Shown: positions 37,545 to 47,470 of the stretch, one piece after another
How the letters are laid out: the number at the start of each line of letters is the position of its first letter
Numbering within the stretch: position 1 is the first letter of the stretch
NCBI GenBank assembly: GCA_902593475.1
Contig: CACJIM010000001.1
Location: 18,531 to 82,530, forward strand
Source of the DNA: an uncultured Candidatus Actinomarina sp.
Lineage (GTDB): Bacteria > Actinomycetota > Acidimicrobiia > Actinomarinales > Actinomarinaceae
DNA: 64,000 nt
Direction of reading: 5' to 3'
Position numbers and translations under genes: made by a program
The notes under the pieces: generated by a model
Told to the model about the DNA's origin: nothing
What the model saw: the letters and a program-made list of their open reading frames with translations, nothing else
Databases searched by the model: none

Positions 37545-39538
37545 TCTGAATAATTACTAATTTCTTTTTTAAGTTCTTTGAGTTCGTCTCTCAATCTAGC
37601 AGCAAGCTCAAACTCTAATAAATCGGCAGCTAAATTCATTTCTTTTTCAATATTTTTCGATAATTTAATTAAATCAGTCTTTGAAGCATCATTTAAATTA
37701 AGTTTTGATTTACTAATACTTATATTGCTACTTCCTCTTGTTTTTTCAACTAATTCTAAAATATCGGTAATTTCTTTTTGAATTGTTTTAGGTGTTATAT
37801 TATTAACTCGATTGTGTTCCTGTTGGATGCCTCGTCTTCTTTCAGTTTCATTAATAGCAAATGTCATTGAATCAGTTATTTTGTCTGCATACATTATTAC
37901 ATATCCTTCTTGATTTCTAGCAGCTCGACCTACGGTTTGAATTAAACTAGTTTCAGACCTTAAAAAACCCTCTTTGTCAGCATCTAAAATAGCTACTAGT
38001 TGAACTTCAGGTAAATCAAGCCCCTCTCTCAAAAGATTTATACCTACTAATACATCGAATTCACCTTTTCTCAAATCTCTAAGTATCTCTATTCTCTCAA
38101 GAGTGTCTATGTCTGAATGAAGATACCTAGTTTTTATACCAGCCTTTAGTAAATAATCACTTAAAGCCTCACTCATTTTTTTAGTTAATGTAGTAACCAA
38201 AACACGATTTCCGTTATTGACAACTGACTCTATCTCTACAAGTAAATCCTGTATTTGGTTTTCAGTAGGTTTTACTACTATTTTTGGGTCTATTAGTCCT
38301 GTTGGTCTTATGACCTGTTCAACAAATTTTTCTGAGTTTTCTTTCTCCCATTTACCGGGTGTAGCGGAAACTAATATTGTTTTATCAACTTTTTCTTCCC
38401 ATTCTTCAAACTTAAGAGGTCTATTGTCTAATGCGGAAGGTAATCTAAAACCATAATCAACAAGTGTTGTTTTTCTTGATTTATCTCCCTCGTACTGTCC
38501 TCTAATTTGTGGTATAGCTATGTGGCTTTCATCTACAACCATTAGAAATTCACTTGGGAAAAAATCTAAGAGAGTAAAAGGAGCTTGACCAGGTTTTCTC
38601 CCATCAAAATATCTTGAATAATTTTCTATTCCAGAGCAAACACCTAACTCAGAAAGCATCTCTAAATCATATTTGGTTCTTTGTTCAATCCTTTGGGCTT
38701 CCAAGAGCTTGTTTTCTGATTTAAATTTCTCAACTTGCAATAACATATCTTTCTCAATTTGATTTAAAGCGCTCTTTCTTGATTCGTCTGATATCACATA
38801 ATGTGATGCAGGAAGAATTGCTAGTTCAGTCAGCTTTTCTAAAATCTCACCAGTAATTGGATCAATTCTTGAGATGTTCTCTATCTCGTCACCAAAAAAT
38901 TCTATTCTAAAAATAGTTTCTTCATATACAGGAAATATGTCTAAAGTATCCCCTTTCAATCTAAAAGATCCTCTTTGAACAACTAGGTCATTTCTTACAT
39001 ATTGTTGTTTTACTAATTGCAAAAGAAGATTATCAACTTCAAACTCCTCACCTTTAATAATTGGAATTAATTTATTTCTATACTCTACAGGAGATCCAAG
39101 CCCGTAAATACACGAGACAGATGACACAACGATTACATCTTCTCTAAGTAATAATGCGCTCGTTGCAGAATGTCTTAATCTATCTATTTCCTCATTGATA
39201 TTTGCATCTTTTTCAATAAATGTATCTGTACGAGGAACGTATGCTTCGGGTTGGTAATAGTCATAATAAGAGACAAAATACTCAACCCTATTTTTTGGAA
39301 AAAACTGTCTAAATTCATTTGCTAGTTGTGCTGCCAAAGCTTTATTTGGGGCTAATACCAAGGAAGGAAGTTGACACTCCTCTATCAACCATGCAATTGT
39401 TGCAGATTTACCTGAGCCAGTAATTCCTTTTAAGGTCTGATGGGAAATATTTTTATCCAAACCTTCTTTTAATTCTTTTATAGCGTTTGGCTGGTCACCT
39501 TTTGGTTGAAATTCAGAAACTACTTCAAACATATTCAT
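37541..39538 (-). CDS. uvrB: Excinuclease ABC subunit B.
   Basis: GITGSGKS, the DESH box (VVDESHIA), and a C-terminal UVR domain ([10 protein letters not shown]). Confidence 0.96.
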   Translation of the reverse strand: MNMFEVVSEFQPKGDQPNAIKELKEGLDKNISHQTLKGITGSGKSATIAWLIEECQLPSLVLAPNKALAAQLANEFRQFFPKNRVEYFVSYYDYYQPEAYVPRTDTFIEKDANINEEIDRLRHSATSALLLREDVIVVSSVSCIYGLGSPVEYRNKLIPIIKGEEFEVDNLLLQLVKQQYVRNDLVVQRGSFRLKGDTLDIFPVYEETIFRIEFFGDEIENISRIDPITGEILEKLTELAILPASHYVISDESRKSALNQIEKDMLLQVEKFKSENKLLEAQRIEQRTKYDLEMLSELGVCSGIENYSRYFDGRKPGQAPFTLLDFFPSEFLMVVDESHIAIPQIRGQYEGDKSRKTTLVDYGFRLPSALDNRPLKFEEWEEKVDKTILVSATPGKWEKENSEKFVEQVIRPTGLIDPKIVVKPTENQIQDLLVEIESVVNNGNRVLVTTLTKKMSEALSDYLLKAGIKTRYLHSDIDTLERIEILRDLRKGEFDVLVGINLLREGLDLPEVQLVAILDADKEGFLRSETSLIQTVGRAARNQEGYVIMYADKITDSMTFAINETERRRGIQQEHNRVNNITPKTIQKEITDILELVEKTRGSSNISISKSKLNLNDASKTDLIKLSKNIEKEMNLAADLLEFELAARLRDELKELKKEISNYSE

Positions 39539-39583
39539 AACAAATTATAACTCTTTTATTAAATGTCAATAAAATTACTAAGG

Positions 39584-40141
39584 CTATGAATTTTGATTTA
39601 TTATATTATCTAAATTGAGATGTAAGTCATTCAAATTATCATTTTGTATAACAATGCCCAAACTCTTCCACCAATCATCATCTTTTTGATTTGCTATTCT
39701 ATTTTGGATATCTTCATAATCCATTCCTCTTTCCTGAAGTCTTTTTATTCTGGTTTCAACTTGAGAATAAATTACAATACAATCAAAATCTTTATATATA
39801 TTTTTAGGTGCTGAAACTTCTATAAATAATTCGTCTTCGGTATTTTGTATTATCTCTTGTAAGGCAAGTAGTACTTTTGGATGTAAATAATTTTCTAGAA
39901 TGGTTAATTTGTCTTTATTTTTAAAAACAATATCTGCCATAATTGCTCTGTTCACACCATTTTGATCAAGTGCTTCAGGAAATTCTTCTTTTAGAAAAGC
40001 AATAGATTGATCAGAATTTAATATATCGTTAGAAACTTTGTCAAGATCAACTGTACTAAAACCTTTATTTTTTAAATACTTAATTGCAGTTGACTTGCCA
40101 CTGCCTATAGGGCCAGTAATTACATAAACTTTTTTTGCCAT
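39584..40141 (-). CDS. coaE: Dephospho-CoA kinase.
   Basis: ITGPIGSGKST P-loop, about 185 aa. Synteny rpsA-coaE-uvrB. Confidence 0.85.
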   Translation of the reverse strand: MAKKVYVITGPIGSGKSTAIKYLKNKGFSTVDLDKVSNDILNSDQSIAFLKEEFPEALDQNGVNRAIMADIVFKNKDKLTILENYLHPKVLLALQEIIQNTEDELFIEVSAPKNIYKDFDCIVIYSQVETRIKRLQERGMDYEDIQNRIANQKDDDWWKSLGIVIQNDNLNDLHLNLDNIINQNS

Positions 40142-40170
40142 AATTAAAGATTAAGCATAAAAAGAATAGA

Positions 40171-41439
40171 TTACGAGTTACCTATTCCTCTTTCTTTTAA
40201 TTCTTGAAGGATATTCTCTAAAGACTCATCAACGCCTTCGACTGTTTGACGTTTTGGAGTCTCTTCATCAGATGATGATGAATGAGTTTTTGGCTTTTCT
40301 TTACTTTCTTCTACTTCTTTCCAGTTGGGATCAGCTTTTTTAATTGATAAATTTACTCTTCTTTTCTCAATGTCTAGTTCTGTAATTTTAATTTTTACCT
40401 TTTGACCTAAAGCAAGTGCTAACTCTGGTGAATCAACTTTTTCTGATGAAATTTCAGAAACATGTACTAATCCCTCAACACCTTTGCCAATAGTAACAAA
40501 TGCACCAAAAGGAACAACTTTTGTAACTTCTCCATCTACAATATCTTCTTCTTTATAGTGAAGCTCAAAATCTAACCAAGGATCTTCATTAACCTGTTTT
40601 ATAGATAAAGATATTCTTTCTTTATCATTATCTATTTCTAAAACTTTAACTGTGACTGGATCTCCTACTTTTACAATTTCATTTGGGTTTTCAACATGTC
40701 TCCATGAAAGTTCAGATACATGTACTAATCCATCCATACCGCCAATATCAACAAAAGCTCCAAAACTGACAATAGATGAAATTTTACCTTCCTTCACATC
40801 TCCAACTTGTAAATCATCAAGAAAACCTTGTCTCTCCTCTGACATTTCCTCTTCCAAGTGGGCTTTTCTTGATAGAACAATATTGTTCCTTTGTCTATCG
40901 AGTTCAAGAATTTTTGCTTCTATTTCTTCACCTATATAAGATGTCAATTCTTTAACTCTTCTTACATCAATAAGTGACGCTGGCAAAAATCCCCTAACTC
41001 CAATATCAACAATTAGTCCACCTTTTACAGATTCAATAACAGTTCCTTTTATGGACTTATTGCTGTCAGAGATTTCTTGAATATCTCCCCATGCTTTTTC
41101 ATATACAGCTCTTTTAACAGATAAAATTAATCTTCCTTCATCATCTTCTTTATCTAAGACCAAAGCTTGGATTTTTTCACCCTCACTAACAATTTCTTTG
41201 GGGTTTACACCTTTTCTTACTGAAAGCTCTCTTGACGGAATAACTCCTTCTGATTTATATCCAACATCAACCATTACTTCATTACGGTCTACTCTGACAA
41301 TAGTGCCTTCAATAACGTCTCCATTGTTAAAAGTAACTAGAGTTTGTTCAAGAAGTTCAGGAAAATCTTCTGGTTTTATATCTTCAGGTAGTTCGACGAC
41401 ATTTGATGGAGAGGATTTCTCTTCATTATTACTTGTCAT
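40171..41439 (-). CDS. rpsA: 30S ribosomal protein S1 (four S1 domains).
   Basis: Repeated S1 OB-fold units (GTIV..D...V.VD.G.K.EG.IP..EL) and an acidic/basic C-terminal tail. Confidence 0.93.
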   Translation of the reverse strand: MTSNNEEKSSPSNVVELPEDIKPEDFPELLEQTLVTFNNGDVIEGTIVRVDRNEVMVDVGYKSEGVIPSRELSVRKGVNPKEIVSEGEKIQALVLDKEDDEGRLILSVKRAVYEKAWGDIQEISDSNKSIKGTVIESVKGGLIVDIGVRGFLPASLIDVRRVKELTSYIGEEIEAKILELDRQRNNIVLSRKAHLEEEMSEERQGFLDDLQVGDVKEGKISSIVSFGAFVDIGGMDGLVHVSELSWRHVENPNEIVKVGDPVTVKVLEIDNDKERISLSIKQVNEDPWLDFELHYKEEDIVDGEVTKVVPFGAFVTIGKGVEGLVHVSEISSEKVDSPELALALGQKVKIKITELDIEKRRVNLSIKKADPNWKEVEESKEKPKTHSSSSDEETPKRQTVEGVDESLENILQELKERGIGNS

Positions 41440-41504
41440 ATGTATTAATTATTCCAATCATAGTGTTGCGTCAATAAGAATAACATATCTGTGATATTTA
41501 CAAA

Positions 41505-44003
41505 CTAATTATTAAAATTTGCAAGGGATGTATTTATCTTTGTGTTAACGTACAAAGGAACATCGAGTTTAACTGCATTTTGCATATTTTTAGAAACAAC
41601 TGATGAAACTTTATCAACGTCTTTTTTCTTAGCTTCAACCACTATTTCATCATGTATTTGAAGTAATAAATTGGCATTATCAAATTTATTTAATGCAACA
41701 CGAACTTTTATCATGGCAATTTTCATAATATCTGAAGCTGTACCTTGAATTGGTGCATTCATAGCGATTCGCTTACCCATGGCTTTCAATTGAAAATTTG
41801 AAGAGGCTAATTCTCTTATAAATCTTTTCCTTCCAAACAAGGTTTTTGTATATGTATTTTTTTCAGCATTAGATACAACATTTTCTAGAAATCCTTTAAC
41901 TTTTGGAAATTGATCAAAATAAGAATCAATAAGTTTCTTAGCTTCTTTTTGAGATATGTCTAAACTTTTAGAAAGACCGAATGCTTCCATCCCATAAATT
42001 AACCCAAAATTAACCTCTTTGGCTTTTCTTCTCATTTCAGAGTTAACATCATTTAGTGGTTGATTAAAAATTCGAGCGGCAGTTTCAGAGTGTATGTCTG
42101 AATTTTCCTCATTTAATATTTTTATCATTTCTGAGTCTTGACTTAGGTGCGCAAGAACCCGAAGCTCAATTTGAGAATAATCTGAAAGGATAAAGTTCAT
42201 AGATGGTTTAGAAATAAAGAAATCTCTAATTTGCTGACCTAACTCTGTCTTGTTTGGTATGTTTTGTAAATTTGGCTTTTCTGACGACAATCTGCCTGTT
42301 GTGGTGCCGAATAAGTTGTAATGAGTGTGTATTTTTGAATCATTACTTACCTCAGGCAATAAACCATCAACATATGTAGATCTTATTTTTTCTAATTCTC
42401 TATATTTTAAAATATGTTTCGGTAAGTCATAATTCTTAGCTAATTCCTCTAAAACACTTGCATCAGTAGAAGGAGCTCCTTTAGGTGTTTTCTTTAAAAC
42501 TGGGTATTTCAGTTCGTTAAAAAATATTTCAGAAAGTTGTTTTGGTGAATTTAAATTGAACTCTTTTTCAGTAATGCTGTAACACTTATTTTGAAGGTTA
42601 GTTAATTTAGTAGATAAACTTTTTGAAAGCTTTTTCATTTTTTCTTTTGATACTGTAATTCCTTCGTTTTCCATTTCAGATAAAATCTTCAACATTGGAA
42701 AATCTACATCTTTATAAAGTTGATGAAGTGTAGCTTCAAGTTCGAATTCTTTAATCGATTTATTAACAGAACTAAATTTGGATTGAAAAAATTTTATATA
42801 TTCATCCACAGTAGACTTTTTGCTTAATTCACTTTGTGGATCTAGGTATTTAACAATGCTTAAAAGATTGTCTGGTCTAATACTTGGATCTAATAAAAAC
42901 AGCATGCAATCGAATGCAATAAATTTATCAGTCTTTTCTATTTGAAACTCGTTAAACAATTTTTGTGATGAAAGAGAAATTATATTGTTGAAATTTAGTA
43001 GTGACTCAAATTCACCAAACTCATCATTGTTTACAAAGTAGTTTTTGTTTTCAAAATTAAATACAATACTGAGTACATCAATATTTTTATCAAATAATTC
43101 TATTTCTAATTTCTCTTTTTCACTTTCGTTTTTATTTAAGTTAGTTCTTTCACCAAGAAATCTATTAAGTTCATATTTAGAAATTTCATTTCCAGAATCT
43201 TCTAGAATCTTGTTGTCAAGAAATATAGTTTCACTCAGATTTGTTGTTGGTATTTCAAGATCTAGGTCTGTTTTTATAGTTGCCAGGTCTTTGCTCATAT
43301 TTAATAAATCTTTATGTTCTTCAAAATTTGACTTTAATTTTGGTGTCAATTCATCCAAATTTTTATAAATATTTGATATTTTTTTATACTTTAGTAATAA
43401 CGATATTGCTGTTTTTTCACCAACACCCGGCAAGCCAGGAATATTATCTGATTTGTCACCCTTTAAGGCTAAGTATTCAATATATTGATTCGTATTGATT
43501 TGATACTTTTCAGTAAAAACATTTCTATCAAATATTTCAACATCAGATATTCCGCGCTTTGTATACATAACATGAGTTTTGGAACTAATTAATTGGAATG
43601 AATCTCGATCTCCTGTAACTATTGTTACTTTCTTATTCATTTTATTAAAGAGTTTTGACAAACTTCCTAAAACATCATCAGCCTCGTACCCTTCAAGCGA
43701 AACTTGAGGTAAGTTAAATTTAGTAAGCAAACTTTGAAGTTTATTAATTTGAATTTTAAAGTTATCAGGTGATGAACTTCTATTGGCTTTATAGTCTTCG
43801 TATATTTCATTTCTAAAGGTTTTTTTAGAAACATCCCATGTAATAATAATTTTTTCGACATCGTAATTATTCACAAGCTTAGATAGCATCATGAGAAATC
43901 CATGAATTACATTTGTAGGAAATCCATCTTTTGTCTCTAACGTTTCAGGTAATGCATAAAAGGCTCTAAATGCAATGCTGTGGCCATCAATTAGAAATAT
44001 CAT
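41505..44003 (-). CDS. polA: DNA polymerase I.
   Basis: 5'-nuclease N-terminus (LIDGHSIAFRAFYALP) and family-A polymerase motifs DYSQIELRVLAH, RRKAKEVNFGLIYG and QIHDEIV. Confidence 0.95.
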   Translation of the reverse strand: MIFLIDGHSIAFRAFYALPETLETKDGFPTNVIHGFLMMLSKLVNNYDVEKIIITWDVSKKTFRNEIYEDYKANRSSSPDNFKIQINKLQSLLTKFNLPQVSLEGYEADDVLGSLSKLFNKMNKKVTIVTGDRDSFQLISSKTHVMYTKRGISDVEIFDRNVFTEKYQINTNQYIEYLALKGDKSDNIPGLPGVGEKTAISLLLKYKKISNIYKNLDELTPKLKSNFEEHKDLLNMSKDLATIKTDLDLEIPTTNLSETIFLDNKILEDSGNEISKYELNRFLGERTNLNKNESEKEKLEIELFDKNIDVLSIVFNFENKNYFVNNDEFGEFESLLNFNNIISLSSQKLFNEFQIEKTDKFIAFDCMLFLLDPSIRPDNLLSIVKYLDPQSELSKKSTVDEYIKFFQSKFSSVNKSIKEFELEATLHQLYKDVDFPMLKILSEMENEGITVSKEKMKKLSKSLSTKLTNLQNKCYSITEKEFNLNSPKQLSEIFFNELKYPVLKKTPKGAPSTDASVLEELAKNYDLPKHILKYRELEKIRSTYVDGLLPEVSNDSKIHTHYNLFGTTTGRLSSEKPNLQNIPNKTELGQQIRDFFISKPSMNFILSDYSQIELRVLAHLSQDSEMIKILNEENSDIHSETAARIFNQPLNDVNSEMRRKAKEVNFGLIYGMEAFGLSKSLDISQKEAKKLIDSYFDQFPKVKGFLENVVSNAEKNTYTKTLFGRKRFIRELASSNFQLKAMGKRIAMNAPIQGTASDIMKIAMIKVRVALNKFDNANLLLQIHDEIVVEAKKKDVDKVSSVVSKNMQNAVKLDVPLYVNTKINTSLANFNN

Positions 44004-44069
44004 TTTCTCATTTTAAACTTAAAAAAATTTTCTCTCATTCATCTGCATATCAAATATAATCTTATTAAA

Positions 44070-44151
44070 GCCCGGATGGCGGAATTGGCAGACGCGCTGG
44101 ATTCAAAATCCAGTATCTTCGGATGTGGGGGTTCGACTCCCCCTCCGGGTA
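44070..44151 (+). tRNA. tRNA-Leu (anticodon CAA). CCA is not encoded.
   Basis: Hand-folded: GCCCGGA-UG-GCGG-AAUUGGCAGA-CGCG-CUGGA-[UUCAAAA]-UCCAG-variable arm-GGGGG-UUCGACU-CCCCC-UCCGGGU-A. The anticodon is at 44104-44106, with a G1:U72 wobble. Confidence 0.88.
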
Positions 44152-44202
44152 CATTTGTTGAATACGTTTATATATAAATTCAAAATTACTTAATAATAGA
44201 AT

Positions 44203-44580
44203 ATGAATAATAAAACAATTATTGGTGTTACGATTTTTTTCATCATTTCAGTAATTTTTTATATAACGTTTTCCTCATTAAGCACAGATAATTTTGGTGA
44301 TAGCTTTGTAGAACAAATTAGAATTGCTGATAGTGAGGATACTTTAGAAAATTACTCTGATGATATCTTAATACAAGTTGGAAAAGATATTTGTAATAGT
44401 TCAAATCAATGGATTGATGAGCAAGCATCATTAAATGTTATATTAAATTTACTCAATGATAATGATATTAAAGTTGATATAAATAATAGAATTATTCCAA
44501 TACTTCGTTTTCAATCTACTTACGAACTATGTCCGGAAAACATCTCAGTCTTAGAAGGCTTGTTCATAGATGCAAAATAA
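44203..44580 (+). CDS. Membrane-anchored or secreted small protein, possibly DUF732-like.
   Basis: N-terminal TM or signal segment. Two Cys in contexts (GKDICNSS ... TYELCPEN) reminiscent of actinobacterial DUF732. Weak. Confidence 0.35.
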   Translation: MNNKTIIGVTIFFIISVIFYITFSSLSTDNFGDSFVEQIRIADSEDTLENYSDDILIQVGKDICNSSNQWIDEQASLNVILNLLNDNDIKVDINNRIIPILRFQSTYELCPENISVLEGLFIDAK

Positions 44581-45169
44581 ATTAATAATTAAAAGAATTC
44601 CTCAACTGATGATTGGACTTTTTTTATGTGGTTTTGGATTGGCTTTTACTATTGAGGCTGGCCTTGGATTAAATTCCTGGGATGTTTTTCACGATGGATT
44701 TAGTAAATTAATAGGTGTTAAAATTGGGTTTGCTGGCGTCCTTACGGGTTTTATTTTACTCTTAGGGTGGATTCCACTGAAACAAAAACCTTTCATAGGC
44801 ACTATTTTAAATATCTTAACAATCGGAAACGTGATCGACCTAACTATGTATTATTTGCCCAGTCCAGAAATCTTGTCCGTAAAAGTAATATTTCTCGTAT
44901 TTGGAACTGTGGTGTTTGCATTAGGTGTAGGTGTTTATGTTGGTTCTGGGCTTGGACCAGGTCCCAGAGATGGAATTATGGTTGGCGTAGCTAAATTAGG
45001 TCCAAGTATAAGAGCTACAAGAATTGGAATCGACTTTACTGCGTTTGTAGTTGGGGTGTTACTGGGTGGTTCTTATGGACTAGGTACAATCTTCATGGTT
45101 GTTACAGTTGGGCCTATTGTTCAATATTCATTAAAACGATTTGATAAAGGCGCTATATTTTCACTTTAG
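44570..45169 (+). CDS. YczE/YitT-like integral membrane protein.
   Basis: RIPQLMIGLFLCGFGLAFTIEAGLGLNSWDVFHDG start and GPGPRDG loop, typical of this family. Confidence 0.6.
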   Translation: MQNKLIIKRIPQLMIGLFLCGFGLAFTIEAGLGLNSWDVFHDGFSKLIGVKIGFAGVLTGFILLLGWIPLKQKPFIGTILNILTIGNVIDLTMYYLPSPEILSVKVIFLVFGTVVFALGVGVYVGSGLGPGPRDGIMVGVAKLGPSIRATRIGIDFTAFVVGVLLGGSYGLGTIFMVVTVGPIVQYSLKRFDKGAIFSL

Positions 45170-45470
45170 ATATGAGTGAATTTTGATTAATTTCTTTTTT
45201 TTCTTTGGTTAAAAGCAATCCTTTAAAATAAATTAAACGTCTTACAGAAGAAATGAAGTCAAATTTATTTACATCAACTTTTTTATTCAAATCATCAACT
45301 GTACTCCACTTAGTACTGTTGACTCTTAAGACAAGAGAATCAACTGTCTCAATATAGGTATTATTTTTTATCAATCTTTTACATTTTTGAGAACAAACGA
45401 AATATTTTTCAGAAACTTGTTTATATAAAGTTCTTCCACAGTAATTACATCTGGTGTTGTTTTCAGTCAC
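45153..45470 (-). CDS. Hypothetical protein with an N-terminal zinc ribbon.
   Basis: CNYCGRTL...FVCSQKCKRL (CxxC-x15-CxxxC). No family recognised. Confidence 0.4.
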   Translation of the reverse strand: MTENNTRCNYCGRTLYKQVSEKYFVCSQKCKRLIKNNTYIETVDSLVLRVNSTKWSTVDDLNKKVDVNKFDFISSVRRLIYFKGLLLTKEKKEINQNSLISKVKI

Positions 45471-45476
45471 TATAAA

Positions 45477-46043
45477 TTATTTTTTTACTATTTCTTGAGT
45501 AGAGTTTGGTAAAGTTTTTAAAATTCTTCTGGGATTACCCCTAAATTTAACTCTAGAGGCCTGTTCTTGTCCCATAAAGCAGCCTTTGTAAAAGTCAACA
45601 AAACTTTCTAGCCATTTAATCTCATTAGGTAATAAGCCCGATTCAATGATCTTTAATGAAGGAAGCTCGTAGGCCATTTCAACATTAGACCAATCAAGGT
45701 GATGTTCAGCTTCATTAGTTGGTTTTACACTAAGAGTATCTTCTTTCTCATTAATTTCGAAAAATACATCTTCTTTGACAATATTTAATTCACATTTGAT
45801 ACGAATTTTGTACTTTTCTAATACTTTTTTCAATTCAATCAAATTAGTTTCAGATTGATAAATTTTTAATAAATCGTTTTGTCTTGAAAATATAAACCAA
45901 AAGTTTACTTTTCCATCTGGACCTAATAAATAGGAGAACTTATATTCGTTTTCATTTATAGAGTTCGATACAAGTGAATCAATGAAAGTGTAAGAATCAC
46001 TCCCCTCAACATATAAAGAATTTAATGATTTTAAAACTTTCAT
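45477..46043 (-). CDS. ygfZ: Short YgfZ/GcvT-like folate-binding protein.
   Basis: C-terminal signature YKGCFMGQEQASRVKFRG (the K-G-C-[YF]-x-G-Q-E motif of YgfZ/CAF17). Only 188 aa. Confidence 0.6.
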   Translation of the reverse strand: MKVLKSLNSLYVEGSDSYTFIDSLVSNSINENEYKFSYLLGPDGKVNFWFIFSRQNDLLKIYQSETNLIELKKVLEKYKIRIKCELNIVKEDVFFEINEKEDTLSVKPTNEAEHHLDWSNVEMAYELPSLKIIESGLLPNEIKWLESFVDFYKGCFMGQEQASRVKFRGNPRRILKTLPNSTQEIVKK

Positions 46044-46046
46044 AAT

Positions 46047-46754
46047 CTAAATAGTACTTAACCAATCTAAATTAAGTATGTAGAGAATTTCTTGAAAAAA
46101 TGATGCAAGAATATAAACTCTGTCAGTAAATATTAAATAACCTAATGCAATTAATGTAACACCAGAAACATTTGTCGAGTATTTTTGAAAACTTTTAAAT
46201 ACTTTGTTATTGAAATTAATCCGATCTGAAAGGATTGCAATAGTAATAAAAGGAACAGCTAAGCCTAATGAAAATAATATTAGGTACATTACTCCCGAAT
46301 ATAATGTTTCAGACTTAGATGAAAGAGTTAACAATGCTCCAAGGACTGGTCCGATACAGGGTGTAAATCCAAAGCCGAATGTAAAACCCATTATAAAGTT
46401 TTTAGATTTTGAAAAATTGTTGATATCAACATAGTTTGAACTATAAAAATATCTTTTATTAAGAGACGGTATTAATAAAACCAAACCAAAAATAATTATG
46501 ATAGCACCGCTGATTTGACCAAGAATTGTAGCGTTTCTACTAAAAAAAGAACCTACCGAACTTGCTAATGCACCTAGTGAGACAAAAACAATAGAAAATC
46601 CTAGTGAAAATTGAACTGCACCATTAATTTTCGATATTTTTGAATTTTTATTTATAGAAAATATGGCAAAATACCCAGGGACCAATGGAAGTACACAAGG
46701 TGAAAAAAATGATAAAGCTCCAAAGAAGAAGGCTATTGATGCATTAATTTCCAT
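46047..46754 (-). CDS. ccdA: Cytochrome c biogenesis / thiol-reductant transfer protein CcdA (DsbD family).
   Basis: FFSPCVLPLVPGY and a second TPCIGPVLG motif, with 6 TM. Confidence 0.88.
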   Translation of the reverse strand: MEINASIAFFFGALSFFSPCVLPLVPGYFAIFSINKNSKISKINGAVQFSLGFSIVFVSLGALASSVGSFFSRNATILGQISGAIIIIFGLVLLIPSLNKRYFYSSNYVDINNFSKSKNFIMGFTFGFGFTPCIGPVLGALLTLSSKSETLYSGVMYLILFSLGLAVPFITIAILSDRINFNNKVFKSFQKYSTNVSGVTLIALGYLIFTDRVYILASFFQEILYILNLDWLSTI

Positions 46755-46792
46755 AAACTAAATATATACCTCAACTTGATATAAAAAAAATT

Positions 46793-47434
46793 CTACTTAA
46801 ATCCTTCTTTTCTTCTATATTTTGAACAAATAATACAAACTTCTAAATTATGTCCTCTAGCAGGACAATATTCACGACCGTAAAAAATAATCTGAAGGTG
46901 AAGTTTGTTCCACTTACTTTCTGGAAAAAGTCTTTTTAAATCTTTTTCTGTTTTTTCTACATTTTTTCCTGTCGACAAACCCCATCTCCATGCAAGTCTA
47001 TGTATGTGTGTGTCAACAGGAAAAGCAGGATATCCAAATGCTTGACTCATAACAACAGATGCAGTTTTATGACCAACACCAGGTAAATTTTCTAGATCTT
47101 TAAAGTTTTGAGGCACTTTAGAGTTGTGCTTATTAACTATTAATTTTGACAAACCACTAATTGCTTTTGATTTTTGAGGCGATAAACCACATGGTCTAAT
47201 TATCTTTTCAATTTTACCAACTGGTAATCTTGACATCTTTAAAGGTGTATCTGCATTATCAAATAAAATTGGAGTAATCTGATTTACTCTTTCATCTGTG
47301 CACTGTGCAGATAAAACAACAGATACCAAAAGAGTAAATGGGTCCTTATGTTTTAGTGGAATAGGGGTTTTTGGATATAGTTTCTCTAAGATATTGACAA
47401 TATCTTTTACTTTTCTATCTTTACTTATTACCAC
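46793..47434 (-). CDS. nth: Endonuclease III.
   Basis: HhH-GPD (LPGVGHKTASVV), catalytic Lys/Asp context, and the C-terminal Fe-S Cys cluster (CPARGHNLEVCIICSKY). Confidence 0.9.
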   Translation of the reverse strand: MVISKDRKVKDIVNILEKLYPKTPIPLKHKDPFTLLVSVVLSAQCTDERVNQITPILFDNADTPLKMSRLPVGKIEKIIRPCGLSPQKSKAISGLSKLIVNKHNSKVPQNFKDLENLPGVGHKTASVVMSQAFGYPAFPVDTHIHRLAWRWGLSTGKNVEKTEKDLKRLFPESKWNKLHLQIIFYGREYCPARGHNLEVCIICSKYRRKEGFK

Positions 47435-47470
47435 TATATTATTTTATACAACATATTAAAGTTCTCTCAT

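Noticed and set aside
39539-39583. Perfect sigma-70-like hexamers upstream of uvrB (TTGACA at complement 39569-39564, TATAAT at 39549-39544, the latter only 5 nt before the ATG). Also searched for an SOS/LexA box.
   Set aside because: The spacer between the hexamers is 14 nt, well short of the functional 16-18 nt, and such hexamers arise by chance in AT-rich DNA. No TCGAAC-N4-GTTCGA-like LexA site is present. This is too weak to call a promoter or a leaderless start without TSS data.
44070-45470. Possible genomic island integrated at tRNA-Leu(CAA), since several small hypothetical genes follow the tRNA.
   Set aside because: There is no integrase, recombinase or phage gene. I saw no direct repeat of the GC-rich tRNA 3' end downstream, and no compositional break visible by eye. 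The genes look like ordinary small membrane or hypothetical genes.
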